Of a stretch of 64,000 nt of DNA, positions 62,180 to 64,000 are shown one piece after another (the first letter of the stretch is position 1; every line of letters starts with the position of its first letter). The notes under the pieces were generated by a model. That model searched no databases. It was not told the DNA's origin and saw nothing but the letters and a program-made list of their open reading frames with translations. The DNA lies in the NCBI RefSeq assembly GCF_006345805.1, contig NW_021833253.1, positions 1 to 64,000 of the forward strand, given 5' to 3'. Origin of the DNA: Octopus sinensis (lineage: Eukaryota). Made by a program: the position numbers and the translations under genes.

Positions 62180-64000
62180 ATCATCGTCATCATTTAATGT
62201 CCGTTGTCCATGCTGGCATGAGTCAGATGGTTTGACCAGGGCTGGCATGGTGGAAGGCTGCACCAGACTCCAGTCTGATTTGGCATGGTTTTTACTGCTG
62301 GACACCCTTCCTAACACTAACTACTCCGAAAGTGTAATGGGTGTTTTTTCAAGTCATCAACACGGGTGCAATTTACATGACACCAGTATCTGCCACGACT
62401 GTGGTTTTATCTGGCTTGATGGGTCTTCTTCTCAAGTGCAACATAATGCCAAAGGTGTCAGTCATTGCCTCTGTAAGGCCCAACACTTGGAAGGTGCTTT
62501 TGTGCCACCAGCATGGGTGCCATTTGCATGGTATCAGTATCTGCCACAACTGCGATTTCACTTGGCTTGATGATTCTTCTTCTCAAGCACATCATAAGGA
62601 CAAAGGTCTTCATCACTGCCTCTGTGAGGCCCAACACTCAAAAGGTGCTCTTTGTGTGCCACTAGCATGGGTGCCAATTAAATGACACCAGCATCAGCCA
62701 CAACTGATTTCACTTGGCTTGACAGGTCTTCTCAAACACAGCCTTTTGCCAAAGCTCTCAGTCACTAGTCATTGCTTCTGTAAGGCCCAAAGTTTGAAGA
62801 TCATGCTTCACTATCTCATCCCATGTCATCTTGGGGTCTACCTCTACCACAGAGATCAGCACTTCTTTACATGGCTGTCCTCGTCCAAACACATCACATG
62901 ACCATACCAGTGCATTCATCTCTCTTGTACATCACATCTGATGCCTCTTATGCCTAACTTTTCTCTCAAGATGTTTACATACTGTCGAACATGCACACTG
63001 ACTTTGCACATCCAGTGCAATGTCATCAAGCCTACACATTTCCTTGGGTGTCACAGCCCATGTTTCACTGCCATGTAGCATAGCTGTTCATACACTGGCA
63101 TCATACAATCTGCCTTTCACTGTGAGGGAGAGGCCTTTTGTTGTGAGCACGGATAGGAGCTGTCTGAACTTTGCCCATCTTAATGTTATTCTCAGAGCAT
63201 CCATCTTTGCTACTAACTTGGTTACCTAGGTAACAGAAGCAATCTACTACCTCTAGCTTACTTCCATGGCAATTGATGGAGTCTATTTTCTGTACGTTTT
63301 CAGTGTTTATTGTACGAGTGCATCTTCCACATACAAAAGCTGTTTTACCTGTTAACCTTCCTCTGATATTGCTGCACCTTTTATGTGTCCAAAGGTTAGA
63401 TTAACTCTTATGGCCCTTTGATTCTAGATCTTGCTTCTATACCTGGAACTTCTGTAGTTCTGGTAGTGATTCAGCTATAAGAGCAAGGTCATCGGCATAG
63501 AGGAGTTACCAGGGACAGCCTGTGTTTAATTCCTCTGATATTGTCTGGAGGACTATGAGGAACAAGAGAAAGCTTAGGATAAATCCTTGGTAAACCCCTA
63601 CTTCTACCCTGAATTCTTCACTGTACTCGTTGCCCACCTTCACCTTACTGGTAGCATCTCTGTACGTGGTTTATACAACTCTCACCAACCACTCATCTAT
63701 TCCTAGTTTCTGCATTGACCACCAGATAACAGATCGGGGGACTCTGTCAAAGGCTTTCTCCAAGTCAACAAAAGCCAAGTACAGAGGTATTTGGCTAGGT
63801 ATTTCTCCTGCAGTTGCCTTACCAGAAATTTAGCATCAGTGGTGCTTCTACCTTGCACAAAGCCAAACTGCATCTCATCTAGACTAACTCTCTCCCTGAT
63901 TAGTTGGGTTATAACTCTTTCCTCAACTTTCATCACTTGAACCAACAATTTGATACTTCTGTAATTATTCCTATTTAATGGTTTCTTTATTACCCACAAG
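62180..64000 (-). mobile_element. RTE LINE 3' portion with triplicated ORF end / UTR start
   Basis: NYRSIKLL..RQLQEKYL, LYADDLAL, UTR ending in (GAT)n; three ~150-bp units at ~62379, 62530 and 62683. Confidence 0.88.

Overview
AT-rich animal genomic DNA, most likely cephalopod (Octopus-like); this is inferred from the repeat landscape and not from any host gene. I found no intact host protein-coding gene, rRNA or canonical tRNA. The window is a dense stack of transposable elements and microsatellites. It holds two near-identical irritans-type mariner copies in opposite orientation, a near full-length RTE LINE, many RTE 3' fragments, Tc1 and pogo derivatives, two short Helitrons, MITEs, tRNA-derived SINEs and R4/Dong-type RLE retroelements in (AAT)n tracts. 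It also holds a young full-length Gypsy element, two RT-less Gypsy derivatives, a solo LTR and a complete Penelope-like element (PLE) with an 11-12 bp target duplication. The most notable observations are: (1) the PLE pseudo-LTR is a tRNA-like head + (AAT)n + minimal hammerhead ribozyme module, and the tRNA-like head also occurs on its own; (2) other hammerhead-like motifs; (3) a perfect 144+144 bp palindrome with a 3-nt loop; (4) a 69-bp (23-codon, STPR-like) minisatellite split by the young Gypsy; (5) a locally duplicated module with promoter-like motifs and candidate spliced non-coding exons on the minus strand.
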